In this document: positions 45,580 through 60,042 of the stretch, one piece after another
Position numbering within the stretch: the stretch's first letter is position 1
Layout of the letters: each line of letters starts with the position of its first letter
NCBI RefSeq assembly: GCF_009914755.1
Contig: NC_060930.1
Source of the DNA: the human T2T-CHM13v2.0 reference genome, Homo sapiens
Length of the DNA: 64,000 bases
Reading direction: 5' to 3' (one strand)
The notes under the pieces: generated by a model
Told to the model about the DNA's origin: nothing
The model's database searches: none
What the model saw: the letters and a program-made list of their open reading frames with translations, nothing else
Made by a program: the position numbers and the translations under genes

Positions 45580-47665
45580 ACACCCAAGCAAGAAGCCTGA
45601 GACAGAGCTTTGTGTCTTCCTGCTCCCTAATGCCAGCCTTAGCCAAGCCTCCCTGTATCTCCCACGCCCACTCCCCAGCCTGCACCTTCACCTCCAGGGG
45701 GCCTCTGTCTACTGACCTGTCTTTCCCCAGCCAATCCTCTGCAAAGTGCTGCAGTCCCCAAACCATAAAGAACCAGTTTTGTTACATTGCTATGGTTGCT
45801 CAAGGACAGACATTGGCTCCCTAGCACTGTGGAAGGCAAGTCAGAAGCCTCTGCCTCCCCTGAACCCCTCCCGTCCTACCTGGGAGGGAACCACACTCAG
45901 GAGCTAGACAGTTCTCAAGAGCCTCATGGCAACTGCTCACATCTGAGTCCCAGCTGGAGTTCAACCTAAGTCTCCCTTCTTCAGTGACACCCTCCTGATG
46001 CTTAACTGTGCTTTCTTAGAGCTTTACCAGCGCTGCAACAGAGGCCTGATAGCTCTGTGCTTAGTGATTTTGCTGTCTCGTGCCTCGGGGCTGTGACTGG
46101 GCTTCCCTGTGTCCTGGTCCTCGCCCAGCACACGACTGAGATGGACAGGAGGTTAATACATGAGCGTTGAATCAGCGGAAGATCTGGGGACCAACTCAAT
46201 GATTACAGAGTGAATGATGGTGCCAAGGCCAGGGCTCTGAACCCGCAGGGAACTTGCTCACTGTTTGTTTGTGTGGCTGCACCCTGCCTCCCCCTTCCTT
46301 GGGGGTCTGAGATGCCACAATCACCTTCTCTGGTTCACTAGAACAGAAAAGGGGCCCAGAAGCCCCCATGACATCACACACCCCCCTCATGCCCTGAGGC
46401 CCAAAGTTCTTTTCAGAGAAGTGTTGTGTTGTTGAGCTCCACCTCCACAGGAGTGATTGAGCTCTTCAGGGAGGGCTGGGGGCAGCCATCAGGTGCCTGG
46501 GTGTGTTTGGTCATGATCCCTGGATAGGGACCCACCTGTGCCTCCCCACCCAACAAGGGAATGATTCATTGTCTCAAAGTGCCGCGGGAGGGCAAGGACT
46601 TAGCCCCAGCCAGAGTGCAGTGTGGTGTGAAAACTGGCTCAGGAGCACCGTAACCTATGAGCTTCCTGATTTCCTTTAGCAATGGAAGGTCATTGGCCAA
46701 AGGGTGACCTCAAGGTCAGAGGTTGTTGTCTGTACAAGTACCGTCTGCAGCAGCCTCAGACAGAGGCCATTTCTGCTTGGACACCTGCAGCCCTTGGTGG
46801 CCCAGAGATGCTGCCTTGAAGTGAAAATGCAAAGCGATTTGAAGTCCCCAGAAGACAGAGGGGTGCTGGCCTCACTTGGCTCATAATGAAGCCCCGGATT
46901 GCGTGCTGGGGCTGGAGAAGCCACAGGAGCTGTTGCCGCTGGGGCCTGGGCAGAGGGCAGCAGGAAGGTACAGGGCTGTCCCTGCATGAGGAACTCACCG
47001 AGACCTGTACTTGTGTGACAGATGGTTCATACAAGTATTGAAGGTCCACATCACCAGCATCGGCCAGCTCAAAGACCAGCATGGGTGGAGGACCAGCCTC
47101 CAGCCAGTCAGCTCCAGGAGACACGCCTGGCCAGGACCAGCTACAGGATTTGCAGGCCCCATTGCAAGATGAAAATGAGGGATCCATGGTTCAAAAATGA
47201 CTAAGAATGTCAATCCAGTGACAGCAGAGCAAGCGTGGGCCCTTCTGAGTGCAGGGACAGCCTGGGTGTCACCCCACGAAGCCAGCCCCAGACCCCACAT
47301 GTGGAGGAACTCACTGCTCAACCTAAACCGTCTGCTGAGGGAGGCCCAGTCACACCCGGGCTTTCCCGCAGCCTCTTCCAGTGGGATTCCCACAACACCC
47401 TTCCTCCCGGAAGCGCCCTGCCTTCCTCTGGAAAGGGGCCTGGGATGTTCCCTTAGAATAACCTATCGAGTGAGCATTTGGCAAATGGGCTCTGTATTTG
47501 TGTTATATGGAACAATAAAAATGTTCTTGGGAAGAAACTTGAACTCCAGAGCTCACCTCCTGCTTGAAACAAGTGACATCTCCTGCAGCTAAGTAAGTGA
47601 GAGTCATGTGGGGTTGGGAGCCAGCGCTTTGAGGCCAGGACAGGGGCTGGGAGAAAAGTGGCCCA

Positions 47666-47960
<295 letters not shown>

Positions 47961-48211
47961 AAGTGGCCCAATGAGCACAGGTCCGCAGCTGAACACAAGG
48001 AAGTAGGATTCAGAGAAAGACAGGGGAAGTGAGTTTGCTAGGAGGAAGAAAAGACAGACCTCAGGACCCAAGGACTCAAGGTGAGCATCAATCTCACTGT
48101 TCTCGGTAGGGTGGGATGGTGGTGGTCACATAGAATGGGAGGAACTCGACAATCACTGGGAGACAGTGCTGACCAAATGAACCAATGAACTGTGTAGCCA
48201 AGGAACACTAC

Positions 48212-48348
48212 TGTGTGTGTGTATGTGTGTGTCACGTGTGTGTCATGTGTATGTGTGTGTTGTGTGTATGTGTCGTGTGTATGTGTGTCACGTGTGTGTC
48301 GTGTGTGTATGTGTGTCATGTGTGTATGTGTGTGTCGTGTGTGTGTGT
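48212..48348. repeat. Interrupted (TG)n microsatellite
   Basis: Direct reading. Confidence 0.95.
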
Positions 48349-48414
48349 ACAGAATCTGATGCTTTTATAATGAAGGATGGCTGAAGACTAGGAGAGATGG
48401 TGGCAGGATGGCAT

Positions 48415-48630
48415 CAGGGTTGTTTGCTCTGGTTTTAGAGCCAGGCTGCTTAACTCAAGTCTGAGCATAGTCATTTTCTAGCTGGGTGACCTTGGCAAAA
48501 TTCTGGGCCTTGGTTTCTTCATCTGTAATATGGGAATAGTAGTAATAGCCATATTTTAGGGTTGTGTGTGAGGATTAAATGAATTAATACATGTGCTTTG
48601 GTGCCTGGAATGTACTAAATACTCCAGAGA
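48415..48630 (+). mobile_element. MIR
   Basis: ctagctgggtgaccttggcaaa...gtttcttcatctgtaatatgggaatag...gaggattaaatga. Confidence 0.8.
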
Positions 48631-49463
48631 TATCACCAATGATGATTTGTTAAGCCGTAGTTACTGCAGGACCTGAATCCTGAGACACATGACTGTCTGA
48701 GAGCTCTGGGGGTGGAAGGATTACACAACTGTGCTGGTAATTGCTACCTTTTGAGTGTTAAGTGTGCACCTTGGGGCATTCCCACTGACAAGGGACTCCC
48801 ACGCACAGAGTCCATTTCCCTAGAACGTTATAATCAGTCTTCCAGATCCTTGGCCACTCAGAGGAGCACCTCGCACGTTTCAAAAGGTAACTTCCTGAAT
48901 ACACATCTGCTGGGTTTTCCTTCCTCCAGCTCTTCTCTGTTTCATTTTTCTCATCTTACTTTAAGCCTCTTGAGCAGATTAACAAGGCTGAGAAAATTCC
49001 CCCGGTCCTTTTTAGCTGCAACATGATTCAGCATACTTCTGATCATCCTCTTAGGCTGATATGTGGGTTTTCTTGACATTTTTAGGGACCTAGTTTGATG
49101 TGTTTGTCCTGTGAGACTCACTGTGACACCGGAAATAGACCCTGTGATTAACTACAGTGTTGTGCTTTTTTTTTTTTTCTAAAGCCACAGTCATATTACC
49201 GGGTATGTGTCATTTATCAGATATTTTTGGGGTACTATGTTGCACCTTATTATCTAAAAGCCAGGATTCAGAGGATGTATAACTCTCATAAGAACCGTGA
49301 GTTGGATACTGAGAGAAGATGTTCAAGATCAGAAAGCAACTCAGAGATAAAATTGAGATTTGATTTCCTAAATTCTAACGTACTTAATTTCACAAAAGAA
49401 CAAAATACCAGCAAATACACAACTGCCCAGCGACTTTGTTGTAGTGAAATTAAAACCCACAGA

Positions 49464-49913
<450 letters not shown>

Positions 49914-50089
49914 CTATAAGGGCGGTCAGGGTCTCAATGGGAAAGAGGAACAAGGAACGTTAGAGAGATAATCGTTCCTAGAAACACGAAGAGGGGCCGA
50001 GAATTAGAGGACAAGAAGGAATGAATGTCAATGTTGTTAGGGACAATTAGGAAATGTCATACTATCTGCAAATACCGGATGTCTGAAAT

Positions 50090-50470
50090 ATTTTAGCAAA
50101 ACTGAAATAAATAGATTAGAAGAATAAAGTTGGAGGACGCATGCTGCCTGATTTCAAGGATGACTATAAAGCTACAGTAAAAAAGACCATGTGGTATTCA
50201 CCTAAACATAGACAAATAGATCAGTGGGTTAGAAAAGAGTCCAGAAACAGCCCATACCAATATGGTGTATTGACTTTTAGCGCAGGTGCATAAACAATTT
50301 GATGGAGAAAGGGGAGTCTGTTCAGCAGATGGTGCTGGGCAATTGTAGATCCACATGCAAAAGGAGATGAACTCAGCAGGTACCTCATACCTGATACCAA
50401 AGATAATTCAAGCTGGATTACAGACCTAAAGATACAATATAAACTACAGAGCTGGAGAAGAAAACATCGC
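50090..50470 (+). mobile_element. Old L1M ORF2 fragment
   Basis: aaagttggaggac...ctgatttcaag...tataaagctacagtaa...tagacaaatagatcagtgg. Confidence 0.75.
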
Positions 50471-51424
50471 AGCTGTTAGGAATGGGTATTTGTCTTTGTA
50501 GTGTTCCATTCATATCAAATCATGTCATGCTGTATAAGTTGTGTCTGCAACCAGCTTTTTGCCACTTAGCATTGCATTTTTCCAGGTCGTTAATGTTCCT
50601 CCTGCCCCTTCACTGATGCTGACTGTGCCAGGCCATCCTCTGAGCTCTGATCTAGAGGAGCGCTGTAAGGCAGAGGCTGCATAAAGAACCTGGCCTCCAT
50701 GAGTAGGAATCCAGAAACACACTTGGCAGTCCAGCCCATCTCTCCCATGGGGTGGCCTTGGGATAAAGAGCATGGGCCCTTCTGCAGTGACAAAACTCAG
50801 AACTGTTGGAAAGTCATGAACCTCACAGAATCCTGAAAACAAAAAGAGAGCTGTGCTTCATGAGTCACCTCTGACTTCAAGAGGAGCTGTCTTTTCCCTT
50901 GGCCCCATTGCACGTGTTTTCCAGAACCACAACACCCTGCGATGTCTGTATCTGTGCCTGTCACTGTCTTATTTAAGAAAACCCCAAACCACATGAATTG
51001 TGATAAACAAAAGTATTTTGAATTCCACCCTTTAGGCTTATTATGACATAAAAAATCATGCCCTGGATGTAAGTGGGCTGACACTGCTGAATTCATGATA
51101 GGAAATGGTCATCTGACTTCCTTCTGGAGGAGAGGCCTGAGAGGGAGGGAGTGCTTTGACCGGAGTCCAGGGAGCACTGAGATATATTTAGCCTCTCATA
51201 AGCATGGGCTGCCAAGGTTAAGTCAGACCAGTTCTACTCCTCTGTGTGTCCTAGGACATCACTTGATCTATATTTCCTGTCTCAGTTTATCCTGAATGTA
51301 AGATTTACTCCAAGAGGGCAGGAGCTGGGCCACATCTGTTTCATTTTCATTTTCTTCTGTATTCCAAATATCAAGCACAATGCCTGGCATCCCACAGGCA
51401 TGAAATAAAAATGTATTGAATGTC

Positions 51425-51820
51425 AGTGAATGAATGAATAATGTATGGATAGATGGATGGATAAAATGGAAGGGTGAATAGGTAGATTGGTGGGTGGATG
51501 AATGGATTGGTGGATGGTTGGATGGATGGATGGATGGATGGATGGATGGATATGATATATGGATGAATAAGATCGGTGGATGGATGGGAGAATGGATGGA
51601 TGAATGCATGGATGGATGGATGGATGCATGGGAGGATAGATGGATGAATACATGGATGAATGCATGGATGGATGGATGCATGGGAGGATAGATGGATGAA
51701 TACATGGATTGATGGACAAATGGATGGATGGATAGATGGAAGGGTGGATGGGTGAATGGGTAGATGGACGGATGATTGGATGGGTGGATGGATGTGAGGA
51801 TGGATAAGATGAGATGAGAT
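51425..51820. repeat. (GGAT)n/(TGAA)n compound simple repeat at the tail of an L2 fragment (~51230-51440)
   Basis: Direct reading; preceded by the L2-end phrase agcacaatgcctggcat...aaatgtattgaatg. Confidence 0.9.
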
Positions 51821-51864
51821 GGTATGACTTTTTGTTGGTTCTGTAGTTCAATTAGTTCAATTAG

Positions 51865-52163
<299 letters not shown>

Positions 52164-52732
52164 TTGGTGTTTTATTGAAGCGATGAACTCAGGTTTTTTT
52201 CTCACACATTCCACACATCAGGCTTCTGTTTAGACGATGTTTGATCTTAGTCATGAGAAGAACCAGGTAATGGGCCCTCCTCTTATTTATCTTTATTCTT
52301 TGTAAAACCCCCAAAGTTGCTCATTAACAACAACAACAACAAAAAGAAAACCCAAAAACATACTCAAAAAACCCTGCAGGGGCCTCCATCTTGGTGGGAT
52401 TCATCTACCAAGCAATCTGCATTTGTCCATCAGGGTCACACATAAATGTCCTTGGGCCAGGGTCTGGCATGGGCCTCCCACATTTGAGCCCCGACAGGAT
52501 GTGATTCCATCCCCCCTGCAAGGCTCCAGCACCCATTTACCCCAGGGGCCTAGTGAGCAGCCTTCTTCCTCACAAACGAGCCTGTGGGCCTGTCCCCTTG
52601 CATAGCTGCGGGTTTGCTCTTTTTCTCACATAGAGAAAAATATATAAAGAATGAAAGCCAAAGAAAGTAAGCTGTAGGGTCATTTCATGATAAATGAGAT
52701 AGGGCTCCTTTTGAGCTTTTTAGAAAGTTGAA

Positions 52733-53040
<308 letters not shown>

Positions 53041-53054
53041 AAGTTGAGACCATG

Positions 53055-53163
53055 CAGAACTCTCGTTACCATCTGGGCGTTTCCAGCGTCGAAGGATCCG
53101 GCACTATCAGAACTCTCGTTACCATCTGGGCGTTTCCAGCGTTGAAGGATCCCGCATTATCAG
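53055..53163. repeat. Two-copy 53-bp tandem repeat
   Basis: cagaactctcgttaccatctgggcgtttccagcgt(c/t)gaaggatcc(g/c)gca(c/t)tat x2. Confidence 0.95.
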
Positions 53164-53622
53164 CCATGAACACTTAAGACATGCCTGGTTTTAGTTCAAC
53201 TCAATAAAAGTTTCTTGAGGGCCGAATGTGGAGACGCCATGAATTCTTGCTTAAAGGGAGTTTGCCATTTAGACAAAGAGAAAAAAGGGTGGGACTGGAG
53301 GAGAACACAGGCAGAATACAGTCAGGAGGCGAGGTGAGCCCTAGTCCAGGAGGAGGGGTCCTCGGCCTCTGCTTCCAGGTGGAGTACATCCAGCAGCCCC
53401 TGAAGCTCATCTCTCTAGAAAGGGGGAAGTTCAAAACATGGAAAAGGTAATGGTATCACACAGAACTCACAAACATGTGTCAGAAATTGTTAATATAATG
53501 AATTGGAATGGCCTACAAAAAAAAAATTTCAGGGAGGATGTTAAGTGGCAATTTCAAGTATTTGAAACTCAGTTACAAATTCAGGAGTAAAAGAGCTTTG
53601 AATAGAAAAATAGATGCAACAG

Positions 53623-53925
53623 GGCCCGGTGTGGTGGCTCATGCCTGTAATCCCAGCACTTTGGGAGGCTGAGGTGGGTGGATCACGAGGTCAAGAGATT
53701 GAGGCCATCCTAGCCAACATGGTGAAACTCCGTCTCTACTAAAAATACAAAAATTAGCTGGGTGTGGTGGCGCGTGCCTGTAGTCCCAGCTACTCAGGAG
53801 GCTGAGGCAGAATTGCTTGAACCCAGGAGGTGGATGTTGCAGTGAACCGAGATCCCACCACTGCCCTCCAACCTGGTAACAGAGCAAGACTGTCTCAAAA
53901 AGAAAAAAGGAAAAGAAAAAAGAAA
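53623..53925 (+). mobile_element. AluSc-like
   Basis: gaggtcaagagattgag; TSD aaaaatagatg(c/g)aaca. Confidence 0.93.
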
Positions 53926-54165
53926 AATAGATGGAACAAAGTGTGGACACTGCTCCTCAGCCAGTCCTGCCTTCACTCAGAATCTATTTACTGTGTGCAC
54001 GGTTCTAGCAAGCTCAAGATTCCTGCTGACTAGCCAAACGCCAGTGGAAGATAATTAAAAAGAAGGCTGCTAGAGATGCAAATGCTGAATTTAGGGGGAA
54101 AAAAGAGGCAGCTGAAAGTGAGGACCTACATAAAAACAATTTTTAAAGATTAGGCATAAGAACTA

Positions 54166-54502
<337 letters not shown>

Positions 54503-55655
54503 CTATTCACACAGCTGATCCTATACCTTCCTGGCCCCTATGTCATTAAAATACAGTACACTTCAAACATTACCCAATTTCCTAATATGAGGCATTCTAT
54601 ATGTAACTTATAAGCTAGGTACTTGTAATTCTCCATAATTTTCTCTTAGATATAATAATAGAAGTAATGGTTTTGTTTTCAGATCAGCACATAAGAGCCA
54701 TTGACCTCTATAATACAACTGCACTATTTATAAGTTTCAGAAAACAATTCTGGAACCACGGTGTCCTTTTAAACATATGAAAGCCATATGGCAATTCTAA
54801 TGAGATAGGCCCACAGCTGACGGTGTTCCCTGAGCTGCTGTCTGGTCCAGAGCCCATGCACACAGGTGGAGACTGACTCTCCCTTAGGACCACTGCCTTT
54901 GCCTGGTTTCCTATGCAGATGATGGCAGTCTGGACACAGGGAGAAACACAGGCTGGGAATGCTTCGTGGGAAAGGATGGAGGGCTAGCACTTGCCTCGGT
55001 GAGACCAGAAGAGATATGATTTGTACCTAGACAGGGTCAAGGGCATTCTTGTTAAGTTAGGGCATCTATTCTTGACTAGGCCACTGAGGGCAAGGTCTGA
55101 CCCCTGTATCCCGACACCTACTGCCTGGGATTGGTAGATGATACATGATTTTGATCAAATGAAACAAGGAATGGACAATGATATCCTTTCCTAAAGAGAG
55201 GCAGCCACTGACACAGCGCCAAGCCTAGGGGTAGGGATGGAGCATCACTACCGACTGCTCCTGGGATTGCTGAGATGTGGGGCTGGAGGTCACAGAGCCA
55301 GCCACGGAACAGCAACTGTGAGCCATCAGAAGCCACAGCACCCCATGCAGCAGGAAATTCTGAGGAAGCAACAGCTGATGAGGAAGAGGAAGGAGAAGAG
55401 AGAAAAAAGGTAACTTATTCCCATGAGGAGAAGCATCGAGGACACTCGGGGCCCACTGGTGGTGGCAGGGTGCATAGAGGATGAACTGGCAGCCAGAGGT
55501 GAGCACACTTTGGTCAGTGCCCAGTTAAAATGAATGTTTCCACTGAAAAATATCTCAAACCTTTGAAGAAAGGATTAAACTGTGCTTAGTATCTTCTGAG
55601 ACACATAAAAGTAGTTAAAGCACTTTAGAAAGAATACCATCAAAATAAATTAAAT

Positions 55656-55936
55656 TTCTTTTTTTTTTTTTTTGAGACAGAGTCTCCCTCTGTCACCCAG
55701 GCTGGAGTGCACTGGCACTATCACTAAACCTGTCTCCTGTGTTCAAGCGATTCTTTTGCCTCCATCTCCTGAGTAGCTGGGATTACAGGCATGCACCATC
55801 ATGCCTGGCTAATTTTAGTAGAGATGTCGTTTTGCCATGTTGGCCAGGCTGGTCTCAAACTCCTGGCCTCAAGTGATCTGCCCATCTTGGCCTCCCAAAG
55901 TGCTGGGATTACAGATATGAACCACTACTCCCAGCC
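55656..55936 (-). mobile_element. AluS with internal deletions
   Basis: Antisense dimer. Confidence 0.9.
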
Positions 55937-56045
55937 ATGAGTCAAATTTTTAAAAGAATGCATTGTTTCTCAAGTCATGTCTCTTAATTAAAAAACGCAC
56001 TTATGTGCTGGGTAAATGAGATATTATGTCTTCCAGGTTGAGAAA

Positions 56046-56356
56046 TTATTATTATTTTTTTATTTTTATTTTTTTGAGACAGAGTCTCGCTCTGTTGCCA
56101 GGCAGATGGAGTGCAGTGGTGTGTTCTGGGCTCACTGCAACCTCTGTCTCCTGGATTCAAGTGATTCTCCTACCTCAGCCTCCTGAGTAGCTGAGACTAC
56201 AGGTGCCCACCACCACACCCAGCTAATTTTTGTATTTTTAGTAGAGGTGGGGTTTCACCATGTTGACCAGGATGGTTTCTATCTCTTGACCTCATATCCA
56301 CCCACCTTGGCCTCCCAAAGTGCTGGGATTACAGGTGTGAGCCACCATGCCCAGCT
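56046..56356 (-). mobile_element. AluSc-like
   Basis: Antisense dimer, atctcttgacctc. Confidence 0.9.
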
Positions 56357-56912
56357 GACTGAAGGTTATTTTAACAGCTGATTAGGAAAAAAAAAGTGAG
56401 ACTTCACATTAGGAAAAGTCCTCCCATCTACTGTCAGAACATGCCTGTGAAGGGTTTGAAATTTCTCTGAATTTTAGGTTCATAAACAATCAAAACAATC
56501 TTCAGCTCTGCCCAAAACAGGAAAACAGCTGGAACAATAAAAAGTAAAGGACCCTGTGATTCACAGAACCAAAGTGAATACAGCTGAAAGCAGACTGTGC
56601 CTTTAAGGTTGAGTTTATATTGAACACCTTGTTGAACAAGCAGGCAAAAATTTAGTCATCCAAACAGATCATGCTATTCTTAAGCCTTTGTTGGACTCTC
56701 ATCTGCAGGCTGTGGTTCTAGGAATTTTGGTCAGAGTGGGCCGTGCTTGTTATTTTTCAACAGGTCAAGAAACAGTAGAAAAACAGCAGACTGTGAAAAA
56801 ATACTTACAACAAAGGGTTAAGATCCTTAACATAAAAGAGCTCCTAAAAGACACCATGAAAAACAAAACAATTTGGCTACCAAAAAAAAAAAAAAATACA
56901 AGGCAAAAGATA

Positions 56913-57380
56913 TCGTTATCCACACAATGGGTGGGCTTGGTCACTTGGTGGAGGACAACCACCCGCAGAGGATTTAGCAGGAAATTTTACTACTTGCAAG
57001 GAGACCAGCGATAGCTCCCAAATCAGCACCTGCCCAAGCCAAGGGCCAGGTCAGGTTTTATAAGCAAAGGGTAATGACATGTGATCTGATTGGATATTGC
57101 AATGAGGTGATGCCTGGTGGCACAACCTGACTGGATCTTGCCATGGGGTGAGGCCAAAGCTCCATCCGATTGGATCCTGGATCCTGAATCCAGGCATGCA
57201 GTGTCCTCTTCTTAATTCAGTCCCTGGCTCTCAGTCTGAGCACTTAGGTTTGCCCTGTGGCTGCACACTTTGTTTACCTGGGTGTGCTCAGGCTATGTGA
57301 ACTGAGGGTCCATGGCAACTGAACAACAACTCACAACTTTGTTACATAAAAGTCGAACCAGATTGGCCTGGTGTAGCTAC
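56913..57380 (-). mobile_element. LTR47-like solo LTR nested in old L1 sequence
   Basis: aacaactcacaactttgttacataaaagtcgaaccagattgg; repeated gattggatc/ctggatc motifs. Confidence 0.75.
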
Positions 57381-57529
57381 CATAAGAGTAGGCAATTCAA
57401 AGAAGAATCATAAATGGCCAATAAGGATTTTAAAAAATTCTCAACCCTCCTGACGATCAGAAATATGCAAATCTGATAATAAGATACTCCCACTGATCAG
57501 ATCAGCCAAAGTTAAAAGTATTCGCATTT

Positions 57530-58172
57530 GTGCACAACCTAGGGCACTGTGTGATCTGGGACCATTTGCATCAGAATCATCTAGTGGGCTTGTTTAAAGG
57601 CAGATTCCAATTGCCAAAACCTTGAAGGACCCAGATGTCCTTCAACTGGGTAACTGACAAACTGTGGTCCATCCATACTATGGAACACTACTCAGCACTA
57701 AAAAGGAACAAACCATTGATACAGACAATAACTCAGATGAATCTCATAGGCATTATTCTAAGTGAATGAAGCCAGGCTTGAATGTTACACACTGTATAAT
57801 TCCAGACTTGAAAATAAAAAACCAATAGTGACAGAGAAAAGCCCTGTGTTTACCAAGGGAGTGAGGTGGGGTCAGGTGTGAGTAGAAATCGGTAGCTAAG
57901 GGAGCTTGTTGGGCTGGTGGAACTTTTCTGCATGCATTGTGGTGGTTACACAAATCCACTCCCTGTGCTAGAATTCATAAAACCCGCACACTCCACCACT
58001 GACCTCCACAAAGCCAAATTTACTGTGTAAAAAGTAAACAAACAAACACAACCCATATGAGTCCACCTCAGACCTAAACATCACAATCTCTAGGGAGGTG
58101 GGGCTGAGCTGATGGCTTTTCCTAACAAGCTCTCAGTGGTTCTCATGGACACTACGTTTTGAGGACCACTGG
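57530..58172. mobile_element. MER5A split by an old L1 3' fragment (~57610-58045)
   Basis: gcatcagaatcatctagtgggcttgtttaaaggcagattcc ... aacaagctctcagtggttctcatggacactacgttttgaggaccactgg. Confidence 0.65.
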
Positions 58173-59409
58173 CTGGCATCACAATGGGGGTGAATGTGAC
58201 TAGGAGGTTCTATCAAAACATAGAATGTGCCTACCCTCCACCCAGTGCTTGAACATCCCTTCCCCCTCATCACTCCGGGGAAGGATCCTGCTCAACACCC
58301 AACTACTCATTCAAACCTGGAACCCGAAACTTTAATGAAGGTTGCTCTACTGAGATTTTTCTCCCCACCGAACATGTCTGTGACCCACAAAGAAGCCCAT
58401 GAAAGAAAGTGCCCAGAGAAACCAGAGCTGTGGAAGGCTGGCTCGACGGTGCCCCTCACTGCCCCTGAGAAAACAGACCCATTTCCTCTCTGCCCACCTC
58501 TTTCCCTGACATGTCCCCAGCAGCAGTCCTGTATTCCCAGTTCCTCTCAAGATGTTCTGAATAGTCTCTGGGTATCCTCTCATTGCCTTCAACTCAAGAT
58601 ATCTAAAACCAAAACTCATTGTCGTCCCACTCAAAACGTCCTCCCCTTTCTGCTGCCAACCCCAGTCAGTATTGTCTGCAGGCTTCCAGGCTTGGATCCT
58701 TGACTCACGGCCACCCAAGCTTCCTTCCCCCGTGTGCGATTAGTCAGTAAGTCTTAGTAGTGATGAGGGCTTCCTGCACCGTGACTGTCCGGCATGCTTT
58801 TTCCTCTCCCATTTCCTCAGCCACCAGCAATTCCAGGCCCCTCTTTACTTCGTATGTATTCTAGCGAGATCAACTGGCAAGACAAAGCTCAGACGTCACC
58901 TCCAGAAGGTTTTCATGGCTTGTGATAATCTGACTTCACCTGTATTCTACTTCATGAGACAACTGACTATCTCGTGGCCTCTTCCCTGTGGCCTCCATCT
59001 CTCTTTGCAGCTCCAGTCCCTGGCACATGCTTGGCACACAGCTCACTGCAGCTGCTCAATGAGTTTTGTGGACTGGATGTTTGCTTGTGGGAAGTGGAAG
59101 CAGGGACCAGATGGATGGGCAGAAGGATTGTCCTATTCAAATATGCACTGGTGGTCCTGTCTTGTGTTTGGGCACCAGTTGAATCCAAGAGCTCTCAACC
59201 TGTGGAGTGTCGGATGAAATCTATGGAATCCCTCCTCAGAAAAGCAAATGAACCCACACAATGATGGCGCAGTTTCATTGTCATCAGCCTCCTGAGGCGT
59301 ATCCACAATCACCAGGTCAGAAAACCCTGCTCCTTCCTTGCATTCAATTGGGCACATCACTATCAAATTAATTTTTCTGAAACACGACAAAATCTCATCA
59401 GAAATATAC

Positions 59410-59530
59410 CACACTTTGTTGTCCCAAATGCTTGCCACCAGAAGTGTTTTGTATTTCAGATTTTTTGGATTTTGGAATCTTTGCATTATACTTACCAGTT
59501 TGGCATCCCTAATCCAAAACTCTGAAGTCA
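59410..59530. mobile_element. Tigger4 (MER46) fragment
   Basis: aaatgcttgccaccagaagtgttttgtatttcagattttttggattttggaat. Confidence 0.7.
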
Positions 59531-59844
59531 GATTAGCGATATTAAACCTGTACTAAGGAGAGCAATTCTGAATTTTTTGGCTTGGCAGCCACGGTTATTT
59601 TTGTGCCCCTCTAAATATACCTACTACCTACTATCCCCAGTGTGTAATCAGGCCATTGATGCCAGAGAGAGGTGTGAGTAGAATGATCACCAGTAGTGCC
59701 TGCCCTGAGAACGTGGCCACTGGTGCCCAGAGCAGAGTTGTCTGGGGACTGGCTGGAGGCCCATAGAGAGGCCCACACAAGAGCTCACCTGTGTTGACCA
59801 GCTCTCTTGCTTGCTCCAATTCCTATGCTGTTGCCTTGACTCAG

Positions 59845-60042
59845 CATGTGGTTCTCAGTGGGGTGATTCTTCCCTGCAGGTGACAAGTACTAATGTCTGC
59901 ACACATTTACAACTAGGGAGGGAGTGCCACTGGCATTGAGTGGGTGGAGGCCAGGGATGCTGCTGAGCTTCCTGCATTGTACAGGACAGCCCCCACCACA
60001 AAGAACTTTCTGGCCCCAAGTGTGCATAGAAAAGATCCTGGT
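59845..60042. mobile_element. MER20 (hAT-Charlie)
   Basis: ctggcattgagtgggtggaggccagggatgctgct...caggacagcccccaccacaaagaa. Confidence 0.85.

Noticed and set aside
46985-47125. Minus-strand GTGAGT donor with an upstream open frame (...DAGDVDLQYLYEPSVTQVQVS)
   Set aside because: No convincing acceptor or recognisable homology.
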